Made by a program: the position numbers and the translations under genes. A DNA stretch of 32,000 nt from Phascolarctobacterium sp. (GTDB lineage Bacteria; Bacillota; Negativicutes; Acidaminococcales; Acidaminococcaceae), in NCBI GenBank assembly GCA_021201965.1, contig JAJQDY010000055.1, forward strand, positions 8,563 to 40,562. Direction: 5' to 3'. Positions 16,610 to 24,791 of this stretch are shown piece after piece. The notes below the pieces were generated by a model. It saw only the letters and a list, made by a program, of their open reading frames with translations. It was not told the DNA's origin and made no database searches. The stretch's first letter is position 1; the number at the start of each line of letters is the position of its first letter.

Positions 16610-17739
16610 TTTTTCTCCTTGGCTGTATTAAGCACGAGATCCGCCACGCGGTGCACTGCCCCTGGCTCCCCGAGCCTTTCGCGCACCAGCCTCAAATCAT
16701 CGTGCATTATCTTGTTCCTTTCGGGTTCCATGAGTTCAAGGGCCGCCGCTGCCATGTTTTCAGGGGTCAGGTCCTCCTGGAGGAATTCTGGCAGTATGTG
16801 GCGCCCCGCCACGATATTCGGCAGGCCTATATCAGGAATGTCGAGGACCCTTCTTGCGATAAAGACGCTCACCGGCGACGTGCGGTAAATAATTACGCTC
16901 CCCAGGCCGCAGAGGGCCGCTTCAAGGGTCACCGTGCCGCTTGTGGCAATGGCAAGGTCCGCCACGGAAAAAAGGTCGTAGTTATGGCCTTCCGTTACCC
17001 TGACGGGAATCCCCGCTTCCGTTATTTTTTCCTCGAGTACCTGGAAGGGAATGGTTGCAGCCCTCGGCATGGCAAAATCCACTTCCATCTTTTCCCTGAG
17101 TATCTTTGCCGCACGGAGGAGGTCCGGCAGCATTTTTTCTATTTCCTGGGCTCGGCTTCCCGGCATGAGGAGGATGAGTTTCCTACCGGCCTTCTTTCCG
17201 GCCCATTTTTCAGCTTCAGCCTTTTCCATGGAAGGCTTCACGATATCAAGCAGGGGATGCCCCACGAATACCGTGTCGGCACCTGCTTCCTTGTAGACAT
17301 CGTATTCAAAGTGGAAGATTGCGGCAACCTTCGTCACTATTTTTGCGACGTCCTTTGCCCTGCCCCTGTTCCATGCCCATGCGGAGGGACTTATGTATGA
17401 AATGACGGGAATGCCCTTTTTCTTTGCAAGGGCAGCTATCCTCATGTTGAACCCGGGGTAATCTATGACGACAAGGGTGTCAGGCTTTCTTTCGTCCATG
17501 GCACGTCCAAAATCCCTTCTCAACCTGAAGAGTGCGGGAAGTTTTTTTATGACTTCCGCAAACCCCATGACGCCGTGATCTTTTATGTCAAAGAGGACTT
17601 CCCCTCCCGCAGTGCGCAGGGCACCGCCTCCCATACCGAAAACCTCGGCGGCGGGATCCGCTTCCTTAATCGCTGCGGTGAGGGCACCGGCATGTATGTC
17701 GCCGGAGGCCTCCCCTGCTGAAATAAGTATCTTCGCCAT
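16606..17739 (-). CDS. lpxB: lipid-A-disaccharide synthase LpxB
   Basis: It has KILISAGEASGDIHAGAL at the N-terminus and ...VIDYPGFN..., is 377 aa, and has an ATGA overlap with msbA. Confidence 0.92.
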   Translation of the reverse strand: MAKILISAGEASGDIHAGALTAAIKEADPAAEVFGMGGGALRTAGGEVLFDIKDHGVMGFAEVIKKLPALFRLRRDFGRAMDERKPDTLVVIDYPGFNMRIAALAKKKGIPVISYISPSAWAWNRGRAKDVAKIVTKVAAIFHFEYDVYKEAGADTVFVGHPLLDIVKPSMEKAEAEKWAGKKAGRKLILLMPGSRAQEIEKMLPDLLRAAKILREKMEVDFAMPRAATIPFQVLEEKITEAGIPVRVTEGHNYDLFSVADLAIATSGTVTLEAALCGLGSVIIYRTSPVSVFIARRVLDIPDIGLPNIVAGRHILPEFLQEDLTPENMAAAALELMEPERNKIMHDDLRLVRERLGEPGAVHRVADLVLNTAKEKK

Positions 17740-17792
17740 TTATAACCCCTTTTTCCGCATAACTTGAAAAAACCCACAACACTTCAGCTTAT

Positions 17793-17801
17793 ATTATACC
17801 A
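17793..17801 (-). promoter_or_regulatory. extended -10 promoter element upstream of lpxB
   Basis: Minus strand reads TGGTATAAT (TGnTATAAT), about 53 nt upstream of the lpxB ATG and immediately after the terminator T-run. No good -35. Confidence 0.4.
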
Positions 17802-17802
17802 C

Positions 17803-17829
17803 AAAAAAACAGCCAGCACACGTGCTGGC
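17803..17829 (-). terminator. rho-independent terminator between lpxI and lpxB
   Basis: Minus strand reads GCCAGCACGTGTGCTGGC (palindromic GC-rich stem), then TG and T7. It lies 18 nt after the lpxI stop. Confidence 0.6.
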
Positions 17830-17846
17830 CGTGATAAATCCCAAAA

Positions 17847-18650
17847 CTATTTGACAAGAATCGTTATATTGTTTTCATCGGCGAGCTTTATCGCCTTTTC
17901 CCGGTCCGCTATGATGGTGCTTCCTGCCTCAAGGACAATCCCCGTGGCCCCCGCACTTACCATGGATTTGACGGTATTTGCGCCAAACCCCGGCATGTCA
18001 AACCTTTTATCCTGGTTGGGCTTTGCGGTTTTGGCGACAATGACACCGCCGCATCCCAGAAAGCCGCCGCGCAGGATGCATGCATCAGTACCTTCTATTG
18101 CTTCAAGTGCCATTACTGCCTTGTTCTTTACGACAACGGTCTGGCCTATGTCAAGTCCGCCTAATGATTTTGCGACTTCAAAACCGAATTCCATATCCGC
18201 AAGCTCTTCAGGCGTCGGCGCCCTTTTGGTGAGGACGCCCGGCTTCGGCAGCAGCGGTTTTATAAGATCCGCCTGGTCCATGACCTCTATCCCCTCGCCT
18301 TCCAGTTCCTTTACAATGGCGTTCATTATGGTGTCGTCCTTCCTGTCGGGAAGCGATGCCAAAAGCTTAATGGCGCGGAGATCCGGGACAATGGCGCCGG
18401 CCTTGTAGAGGACCTCCTTGCTCACCTTCCCGATCATCGTCACATGCGTCACTTCATGTTTTTTCAGGGTGGAAATTATTTTGCCGATTTTCCCAATATT
18501 TATGTCGTAATAAACGTCGGCAGCGGAAAAAAGTCCCGGATCAATTTCCGGGACCACGCCAATGGCCACAACTTCATATCCCTGCTGTCTGACGGCATCT
18601 GCCAATTCAGCCGGCAGATGCCCGACTCCTGAAAGTAATCCTAAAATCAT
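17847..18650 (-). CDS. lpxI: UDP-2,3-diacylglucosamine pyrophosphatase LpxI (DUF1009)
   Basis: LGLLSGVGHLPAE is at the N-terminus. It also has ...DIGQTVVVKNKAVMALEAIEGTD... and ...AKTAKPNQDKRFDMPGFG..T......AGATGIVLEAG.... It is 267 aa and sits between lpxA and lpxB. Confidence 0.85.
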   Translation of the reverse strand: MILGLLSGVGHLPAELADAVRQQGYEVVAIGVVPEIDPGLFSAADVYYDINIGKIGKIISTLKKHEVTHVTMIGKVSKEVLYKAGAIVPDLRAIKLLASLPDRKDDTIMNAIVKELEGEGIEVMDQADLIKPLLPKPGVLTKRAPTPEELADMEFGFEVAKSLGGLDIGQTVVVKNKAVMALEAIEGTDACILRGGFLGCGGVIVAKTAKPNQDKRFDMPGFGANTVKSMVSAGATGIVLEAGSTIIADREKAIKLADENNITILVK

Positions 18651-19456
18651 TGCCAGCCGCCTTTACGGGTTCTTATGATGCCGCGCTCCACGCTGCGCAG
18701 GAAGCGCATGAGATGCTCAACGGGCTCGCTGCTTTCCAGTTCCTGCTCCATGATGGCAATTGCTTCATGCATTGGAAGCCCGCTGTGATAGAGAATCCTG
18801 AAAGCCTTTTTCAGTTCATTGCGCTGATCCTGCGGCATTCCTGCTCTGGCAAGGCCGACACTGTTCAGTCCCGAAACAAATGCCGGATCTCCTGCAACAA
18901 TCATAAAAGGAGGAACATCCTGTGACACGCGGGCCATGCCGCCGATCATTGCATTGCGCCCGACCTTGCAGAACTGGTGGATGGCACACAGTCCGCCAAG
19001 CACGGCGCGGTCTTCTATAATTATGTGACCCGCAAGGGTCGCAACATTAGACATTATTACATTGTTGCCCACGATGCAGTTGTGGGCTACATGGGTATAA
19101 GCCATCATTAAGATATTATTGCCGATATGGGTTTCATTTCCTTCGCCCGTTGCCCTGTTTACGGTGCAGTATTCGCGAAAAATACCGCCGTCACCGATGA
19201 ATGTATAGGATTTTTCCCCTGCGAACTTTAAGTCCTGGGGTTCGGCGCCTATGGAGCAGCCGGGGAAAAACCTGCAATTTTTGCCTACGGTCGTATACCT
19301 GTGGATAACCACATGGGGCCCAATTTTACAGCCGTCGCCTATTACGGTGTCCTCATCAATGACTGCGTATGGCCTTATCTCAACGTCCTTACCAATAACC
19401 GCTGACGGATGGATAATGGCGGTTTCATGGATTTTACGCATGGGCATAACTGTCAT
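18647..19456 (-). CDS. lpxA: acyl-ACP:UDP-GlcNAc O-acyltransferase LpxA
   Basis: IHETAIIHPSAVIG is followed by hexapeptide repeats and a helical C-terminus. I prefer ATG 19456 (GAGGAG 8 nt upstream) over the track start GTG 19465. Confidence 0.9.
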   Translation of the reverse strand: MTVMPMRKIHETAIIHPSAVIGKDVEIRPYAVIDEDTVIGDGCKIGPHVVIHRYTTVGKNCRFFPGCSIGAEPQDLKFAGEKSYTFIGDGGIFREYCTVNRATGEGNETHIGNNILMMAYTHVAHNCIVGNNVIMSNVATLAGHIIIEDRAVLGGLCAIHQFCKVGRNAMIGGMARVSQDVPPFMIVAGDPAFVSGLNSVGLARAGMPQDQRNELKKAFRILYHSGLPMHEAIAIMEQELESSEPVEHLMRFLRSVERGIIRTRKGGWQ

Positions 19457-19533
19457 CGTCCTCACTCCTCAATTAAAGAATCACATGATAATCATTAAGT
19501 TATAGTCCTTAAGGCAGTGAGTTTTTTCGCATG

Positions 19534-19581
19534 GGAAATTCTCCCATTTTTTCTGATTATCACGGAATATTTCCCATTTTT
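19534..19581 (-). promoter_or_regulatory. two 18-nt direct repeats (15/18 identical), 30 nt apart, in the lpxA leader; candidate operator or structured leader
   Basis: Minus strand has AAAAATGGGAAATATTCC (19581..19564) and AAAAATGGGAGAATTTCC (19551..19534). The second sits inside the palindrome ATGGGA-N5-TCCCAT (19531-19547). Confidence 0.35.
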
Positions 19582-19618
19582 CTCCTATTTTCTCTTAAAT
19601 CCTGCCTGATTTCTTTTT

Positions 19619-20896
19619 TTATGCTTCCATGGGGTCAATAAGGGCAAAGAAGCAGTCGCATTCGCTGACTATATTGCCGTCCACTTTGCCTTCACAGTGG
19701 ATGACGCCCATATTCCCCTTAATTTTAACAACTTCCGCCGTGGTAACCACCTGGTCGCCGGGCACTACTTTCTTGCGAAAACGGACATTGTCGATTTTAC
19801 CGAATACGGCAAGCTTGCCCCTGTTTTCCTTCGGATACAGCATGGCAACGCCGCCGACCTGGGCCATGGCCTCAATTAAAAGCACGCCCGGGAAAATCGG
19901 CTCGTTGGGGAAATGCCCCAAGAACTGTATTTCGTTTACCGTGATGTTCTTGATCCCCACCGCACGCTGCATAGGTTCCAGCTCCAGGATTTTATCCACG
20001 AGGAGCATCGGGAACCGGTGCGGCAGTATTTTTTTAATTTCGTTGATGTCAAGGACTGCCATGTGTTGTTCCCCCTTTAATCTATAGGCAGCTATTTTCT
20101 TTGTAAGCCTTGAATTTAATGCATGTCCCGTCTGGAATGCTATGATGTGCCCCTTTATGGGCCCCAAAAGATACATATCCCCGATTACGTCGAGTATTTT
20201 GTGCCGTATGAGCTCGTCATGGAACCTGAGGTCCGAAAGCACCTTGTCCTTGGCGAAGACCACCGTATTTTCCAGGGTTCCGCCGAGTCCCATGCCCATT
20301 TTCTTCAGCAACTCAATTTCCTCAAGGAAGGCCACCGTCCTTGCCGGGGCTATTTCCTTTCCGAACGAGCCTTCCGTGAGCTCAATGTCAAAATACTGCG
20401 TCCCGAGCAGGGGATGCTTGTTCACCGAAGTGAAAGTTATCTTAAAACCGTTATAGGGCTCAATCATTATTGAGCGGTCACCCTCGTGGATTGCAAAGGT
20501 CTTATCCACGACATAGGGTTCGCGTTTTGCATCCTGCTCCGAAAGCCCCGCCTCTTCAATGAGGTCGAAAAACACCTTCGCGCTGCCATCCGCAACGGGA
20601 GGTTCCGAAGATGACATTTTCACGCGAACGTTGTCCACTCCCGCCATGGAAAAGGCACTCATGAGATGCTCTATGGTTGAGATCTCGGCACCGTTTTCGC
20701 TGATGGTCGTGGCCTTTACTGTAGCCGAGATATTTTCCGCCCTGGCGTGGATTTCAGGGCATCCAGACAGGTCCGTGCGGACGAAAATAACGCCCGTGTT
20801 TTCCGGTGCCGGCTTTAAGCAAAGGATAACTTCTTTCCCCGAGTGGAGCCCGACGCCCGAATATTTTACTTCTTTTGCAAGTGTTCGCTGCTTCAC
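19619..20896 (-). CDS. lpxC/fabZ: bifunctional UDP-3-O-acyl-GlcNAc deacetylase / 3-hydroxyacyl-ACP dehydratase (LpxC-FabZ fusion)
   Basis: KQRTLAKEVKYSGVGLHSGKEV matches the LpxC N-terminus (E. coli MIKQRTL...). The C-terminal 150 aa has ILPHRFPMLLVDKI and ...GHFP..PI.PGVL.IEA.AQ (FabZ). The start is ambiguous. GTG 20896 fits homology; the track start ATG 20947 would overlap the upstream gene by 41 nt. Confidence 0.88.
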   Translation of the reverse strand: MKQRTLAKEVKYSGVGLHSGKEVILCLKPAPENTGVIFVRTDLSGCPEIHARAENISATVKATTISENGAEISTIEHLMSAFSMAGVDNVRVKMSSSEPPVADGSAKVFFDLIEEAGLSEQDAKREPYVVDKTFAIHEGDRSIMIEPYNGFKITFTSVNKHPLLGTQYFDIELTEGSFGKEIAPARTVAFLEEIELLKKMGMGLGGTLENTVVFAKDKVLSDLRFHDELIRHKILDVIGDMYLLGPIKGHIIAFQTGHALNSRLTKKIAAYRLKGEQHMAVLDINEIKKILPHRFPMLLVDKILELEPMQRAVGIKNITVNEIQFLGHFPNEPIFPGVLLIEAMAQVGGVAMLYPKENRGKLAVFGKIDNVRFRKKVVPGDQVVTTAEVVKIKGNMGVIHCEGKVDGNIVSECDCFFALIDPMEA

Positions 20897-20906
20897 GTTT
20901 CCCACA

Positions 20907-21791
20907 TTATTTCTTAAACCGCTTGCGGCCGTCCTTCCAGCGGTCATGTACCCAGAACCACATTTCAGGATGCAGGATTATTTCTTCTTCCAGGATCCTT
21001 ACCATCTGTTCCGTGGCCCTGTAATAATCATTTTCCTTGTCTTCAGTCTTCTCCGTATAAATAGGAGGATAGATCTTGGCACTGCATGTGCCGTCATCGT
21101 TATTGTGCAGGAAGATGGGAAGAATGGGCGAACCGTGCAGCCGCGAGAGGGCCGCGCTGCCAATCGGGATAATGGACGGTTTGCCGAAAATATTTATTTT
21201 CACTCCCACATCATTTGTATCCTGGTCAAAGAGCACGCCTATGAGTTTTTTCTTCCTGAGCATCCGGCTTATAGCAAGGAGATCGACCTCGCCGCGGTTA
21301 TATGCGACTTCCTGCCCCACAATCTGGCGGTACTCGTTGATGAGTTTATCCATGTATTTATTGTTCTGTTTCCTGACTATGGAAAGCATGGGATAACCGT
21401 GCAGCGCGACTGTCCCGCCGAGGAGTTCCCAGTTTCCGTAATGCCCGGTCGCCATGATGACGCCACGGCCTGCCCTGTAGCATACATCCAGGTATTCCAT
21501 TCCTTCGATGCTCACGAGGTTTCTTATATTATCCCTTGTCAGGGTGGGAAACCTTAAGACTTCAACCACCATGCGTCCGAAGCGCCTAAGGCTGAGATCC
21601 GCTATATGGTACGCCCTGTGTTCGTCAACGCCGAGGCACTCCATGATGTTTGCCTTGGCCATCTTCATGCGCCATTCGGGCACCACGGCCACGGCGACGC
21701 CACCGAAGAATGACGCCACAAGGTTCCTTATGTATTTCGGTGCTATGCAGAGGAATGAACTGCACAGTTTGATAAGATGATAGGCCAGCAT
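20907..21791 (-). CDS. lipid A late acyltransferase, LpxL/LpxM family (second copy)
   Basis: The H(x)4E box is TGHYGNWEL. It also has ...VLFDQD... and is 294 aa. It sits between lpxD and lpxC. Confidence 0.8.
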   Translation of the reverse strand: MLAYHLIKLCSSFLCIAPKYIRNLVASFFGGVAVAVVPEWRMKMAKANIMECLGVDEHRAYHIADLSLRRFGRMVVEVLRFPTLTRDNIRNLVSIEGMEYLDVCYRAGRGVIMATGHYGNWELLGGTVALHGYPMLSIVRKQNNKYMDKLINEYRQIVGQEVAYNRGEVDLLAISRMLRKKKLIGVLFDQDTNDVGVKINIFGKPSIIPIGSAALSRLHGSPILPIFLHNNDDGTCSAKIYPPIYTEKTEDKENDYYRATEQMVRILEEEIILHPEMWFWVHDRWKDGRKRFKK

Positions 21792-21792
21792 T

Positions 21793-22821
21793 TTATTTTT
21801 CCAATTTTTTCTCTATTTCTTTTACCCTTTTCATAAGATCGCCGATTTTTTTGATGCTGGCGGTCTGACGCAGCCATTCCTTGTGTGGAATGGCCGGGAA
21901 TCCTGCCATGACGGAATTAGAGGGAATATCGTTGGTAATGCCAGTCCTTCCCCCGAAAACGCAATTATCGCCGATAGTTATGTGCCCCACGGTCCCTACC
22001 TGTCCCGCAAAGGTTACGTTATTGCCGACGGTGACGCTTCCCGATATGCCGACATGCGCCACAACTAGGCAGTTTTCGCCAAGTATGTCGTTATGTCCCA
22101 AATGGACGAGGTTATCTATTTTCGTACCGCTGCCGACAATTGTGCTGCCGACGGTAGCCCGGTCAATACATGAATTATTGCCGACCTCGACATCATCACC
22201 AATGACGACGTTGCCCGTCTGCAGTACTTTCGTGTGCTTCCCGTTTTCCGTGACGAAGCCGAAACCGTCACCGCCTATGACGCAGCCTGCCTGGAGGATT
22301 ACCCTGTTCCCTATTATGCAGTTCTCGCGCACGGTGGAACAGGGATAGAGGATACAGTCTCTGCCCATCTTCACGCGCTTTCCCACATAGGCATGGGGGT
22401 AGATGATGGTCCCGTCGCCGATCTCGGCGTTTTCCTCCACTACGGCAAAAGGCTCTATGGCAACATTTTTCCCTATTTTTGCAGTCGGCGCCACATAAGC
22501 AAGCTTGCTTATAACACGCTCCACCTCTTCCGGCGCACGGAAAAGCCCGAGCAATGCGGCAAAAGCCGCCCTGGGGTTCTTTACGCAGATTACGGGGCGC
22601 TTAAGGAGCGATGCGTCATCGCCATCGGAGAGCACCATGGCTCCCGCCCTGCTTTCATGACATCTTTCAACGTAAGGTGCCACGGCAAATGATATGTCGC
22701 TGGGACCTGCCTCGATAAGTCCGTTGACTCCCGTTATTTTAAGCGCCGGATTGTCGTTTTCCACGGTACCCTGCAGGAATTCAGCTAATTCTTTTACACT
22801 TTTTTCCATCCTGTCCTCCAT
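21793..22821 (-). CDS. lpxD: UDP-3-O-acylglucosamine N-acyltransferase LpxD
   Basis: It has an N-terminal uridine-binding domain (LAEFLQG...), a long run of hexapeptide repeats and a C-terminal helix. It is 342 aa. The internal ATG 22809 has a better SD (GGAGG). Confidence 0.9.
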   Translation of the reverse strand: MEDRMEKSVKELAEFLQGTVENDNPALKITGVNGLIEAGPSDISFAVAPYVERCHESRAGAMVLSDGDDASLLKRPVICVKNPRAAFAALLGLFRAPEEVERVISKLAYVAPTAKIGKNVAIEPFAVVEENAEIGDGTIIYPHAYVGKRVKMGRDCILYPCSTVRENCIIGNRVILQAGCVIGGDGFGFVTENGKHTKVLQTGNVVIGDDVEVGNNSCIDRATVGSTIVGSGTKIDNLVHLGHNDILGENCLVVAHVGISGSVTVGNNVTFAGQVGTVGHITIGDNCVFGGRTGITNDIPSNSVMAGFPAIPHKEWLRQTASIKKIGDLMKRVKEIEKKLEK

Positions 22822-22853
22822 GAAAAAACGGGTGCATGCAGCCGCCCGCCCTG

Positions 22854-23261
22854 TTATTTCATTTTGTCAATGAGGTCCTGCGTAACGTCTTTTCCTCCGT
22901 GGGGAACGGCTTCCTTAATTAAAATGGCACCCAGGTCCTTTTCCTTGGCAACCTGAGCCAGGCCGGTTTCAAGGCTGACTTTCAGCTTGTTCTGGGATTC
23001 GCTCTGAATTAAATTGGCTTTGGCGCTGTACTCTTCAAAGACTTTCTTCTGTTCTTCCTCGTCTTTGCCTTCCATAGCACTCCGCATTTCTGCTTCCAGA
23101 TCCTGCAGTTTCTTCGTGACTTCCTCCCTGGTAGTTTTTACCACGGCAGCGCTTTCCTCCACTTGGCGCATATCAACTATTCCGAAATCGGCATTGCGCC
23201 CGCTGCAGCCTGAGCTCATTAATGCTATGGCAACCATTAATTCTGCGGCAATTTTTCTCAT
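22854..23261 (-). CDS. skp: Skp/OmpH-family periplasmic chaperone, possible lipoprotein
   Basis: I prefer the start MRKIAAELMVAIALMSSGCSG (GAGG 9 nt upstream, overlapping the upstream stop); the track start is 23288. It has a coiled-coil core and ends KDLGAILIKEAV..GGKDVTQDLIDKM, typical of OmpH. The Cys follows a signal-like helix. Confidence 0.75.
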   Translation of the reverse strand: MRKIAAELMVAIALMSSGCSGRNADFGIVDMRQVEESAAVVKTTREEVTKKLQDLEAEMRSAMEGKDEEEQKKVFEEYSAKANLIQSESQNKLKVSLETGLAQVAKEKDLGAILIKEAVPHGGKDVTQDLIDKMK

Positions 23262-23271
23262 TTTTAAAACC

Positions 23272-24198
23272 TCACTTATTTTCTTCATTATTTTCTTTCC
23301 GCATTATGGCGATGACATCGTCTGTTATGTCATCAGCCTTGACGTTTACTTTATATTCCTTAAAGACCACCGTACACCTGTTGTCTTTGGCAACCTTTTC
23401 CACGGCGGACGCAATGTCCACTGTCATTTTATCAAGAATCTGCCTGTTCCGCTCTTCCTGCCGTGCTATTTCCCTGTCCATGATGTTCAGGGCTTCCTTT
23501 ATGGCTTTCGGGGCATCGTTCATCATTTTATTATATTTGCCTTCCGAAACGCCGAGCTTCTCCATTATATCCTGGTTCAGCCCGTCCGCCACTTCACGCA
23601 GGTTTGCATGCGCCTCGTCTATCCTCGGCTGCATGCGCTCCGCAATAATGCCCATTTTTACGTTTTCTATTTCCTGCATCCTCTGGTCGCGCTCGCCCTT
23701 TACCGACTGCAGTTCCCTCTCCGCATTCCTTTTCTCTTCGGGCGTAAGTTTCAGGGACTGCATCTGCATGCGGATATTGAACATCCTGAGCTGGTACTCG
23801 TTTTCCAGTTCCTTTTTATGTTCCCCGACAACCTCTTCCGCATCAGCCTCAGTTTCGTGATAGTACTGCTCCAGCCTTTCGTTTTCAATAACCTGCTGTT
23901 CAGCCATGCGGGTATTGAAATCGGCCTCCAGGTAACTCCTCTCACTCATATCCCTCAGCTCATACAGCTTCATGAGGTTCCTCATCTGGGTGCGAGCCAC
24001 GTTTTCCTGATCCTGGCGTTTTTCCACCAGACTCTTATAAACAGCCTCGCCATGGACCAGACGCTTATGCTGTGGATGCCCCGCAACGACCTTCTCGAAG
24101 TCAATGACCGCTATCTTGTCACTGCGGAAATTCAGGAATAAGCAGCCAAAGACCACAAATATACCTACAATGATTTTCCAAAGCAGCGATCTGTTCAT
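23272..24198 (-). CDS. Skp/OmpH-family protein with doubled-length coiled-coil arm (308 aa)
   Basis: It has an N-terminal anchor/signal, an OmpH start KIAVIDFEKVVAGHPQ and an OmpH end KDNRCTVVFKEYKVNVKADDITDDVIAIM. These are separated by about 230 aa of charged helical sequence. Confidence 0.7.
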   Translation of the reverse strand: MNRSLLWKIIVGIFVVFGCLFLNFRSDKIAVIDFEKVVAGHPQHKRLVHGEAVYKSLVEKRQDQENVARTQMRNLMKLYELRDMSERSYLEADFNTRMAEQQVIENERLEQYYHETEADAEEVVGEHKKELENEYQLRMFNIRMQMQSLKLTPEEKRNAERELQSVKGERDQRMQEIENVKMGIIAERMQPRIDEAHANLREVADGLNQDIMEKLGVSEGKYNKMMNDAPKAIKEALNIMDREIARQEERNRQILDKMTVDIASAVEKVAKDNRCTVVFKEYKVNVKADDITDDVIAIMRKENNEENK

Positions 24199-24219
24199 AG
24201 CCTTCTCCTGCGGTACGGT

Positions 24220-24702
24220 TTATTTTTCTGTCCTGAGCGCCTTCAACACGTCTTCAGTAATGTCAACGCCGCCGAAGATTACCGTTTTCTTGTCGACAAC
24301 AACGGACAGGCCTTTCTTGTCGGCCACTTTTTTGATCTCCTCTTTCGTCTTGGCGCGGATGGGCTCAAGCAGCTCCTTCTCCTTGGCAGCTAGACGTTCC
24401 TGCAGCTCGGAGTAATGGCTGCGTTTCTGGTCTTCGTTCATGTCCTGGCTTTTTTCGTTGAACTCGTTCTGGGCGACCTCTATTTCCGCCTGCATGATCT
24501 CCCTGACGTTTTCAACCCCGGGGCTCTGCGTTATGAGTGCCTGGTAATTTATGGTACCTATGGCACTTTCCATGGCGGCTTCGCTGGAAGCACTGAAGAT
24601 TCCCTTGTCAATGGAATAAGCAAAGCAGCCGATTACAAAGATCGCCGCCACGATGAGGGAAACCATCTTGACATTTTTCGGATTGCGCAATTGCTGCATC
24701 AT
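24220..24702 (-). CDS. skp: Skp/OmpH-family periplasmic chaperone
   Basis: It has a signal/anchor, ...INYQALITQSPG..., a coiled-coil core and the end KKGLSVVVDKKTVIFGGVDITEDVLKAL. AGGAG SD. It is 160 aa. Confidence 0.8.
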   Translation of the reverse strand: MMQQLRNPKNVKMVSLIVAAIFVIGCFAYSIDKGIFSASSEAAMESAIGTINYQALITQSPGVENVREIMQAEIEVAQNEFNEKSQDMNEDQKRSHYSELQERLAAKEKELLEPIRAKTKEEIKKVADKKGLSVVVDKKTVIFGGVDITEDVLKALRTEK

Positions 24703-24753
24703 AATGAAAGACTCCTTTTTTATCTAAAAAAATATTTACGAAATATATAGAAT

Positions 24754-24782
24754 ATTATAACAGTATAGGCGCATTCTTTCAA
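24754..24782 (-). promoter_or_regulatory. sigma-70-type promoter upstream of the skp-lpx genes
   Basis: Minus strand reads TTGAAA-N17-TATAAT (tttcaa 24777-24782, attata 24754-24759). It lies in the 89-nt AT-rich gap, about 50 nt upstream of the skp ATG. Confidence 0.55.
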
Positions 24783-24791
24783 CTTTTCCGC

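Noticed and set aside
22822-22853. A GC-rich segment followed by T6 between skp and lpxD, considered as a possible terminator or attenuator.
   Set aside because: The best pairing I can draw is a 4-bp CGGG/CCCG stem with mismatches, and the inner TGCATGCA palindrome leaves no loop. That is too weak to call.
23014-24141. Long plus-strand ORFs antisense to the cluster. Examples are 23014..24141 (375 aa), 13499..14512 (337 aa), 20559..21557 (332 aa), 16570..17400 (276 aa), 2899..3606 (235 aa) and 7989..8675 (228 aa), plus many shorter ones.
   Set aside because: Each lies entirely opposite a minus-strand gene with clear family motifs. Their translations are low-complexity (S/P/R/F/L-rich) with no recognisable motifs or SD-linked starts. 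They are shadow ORFs typical of mid- to high-GC coding regions.
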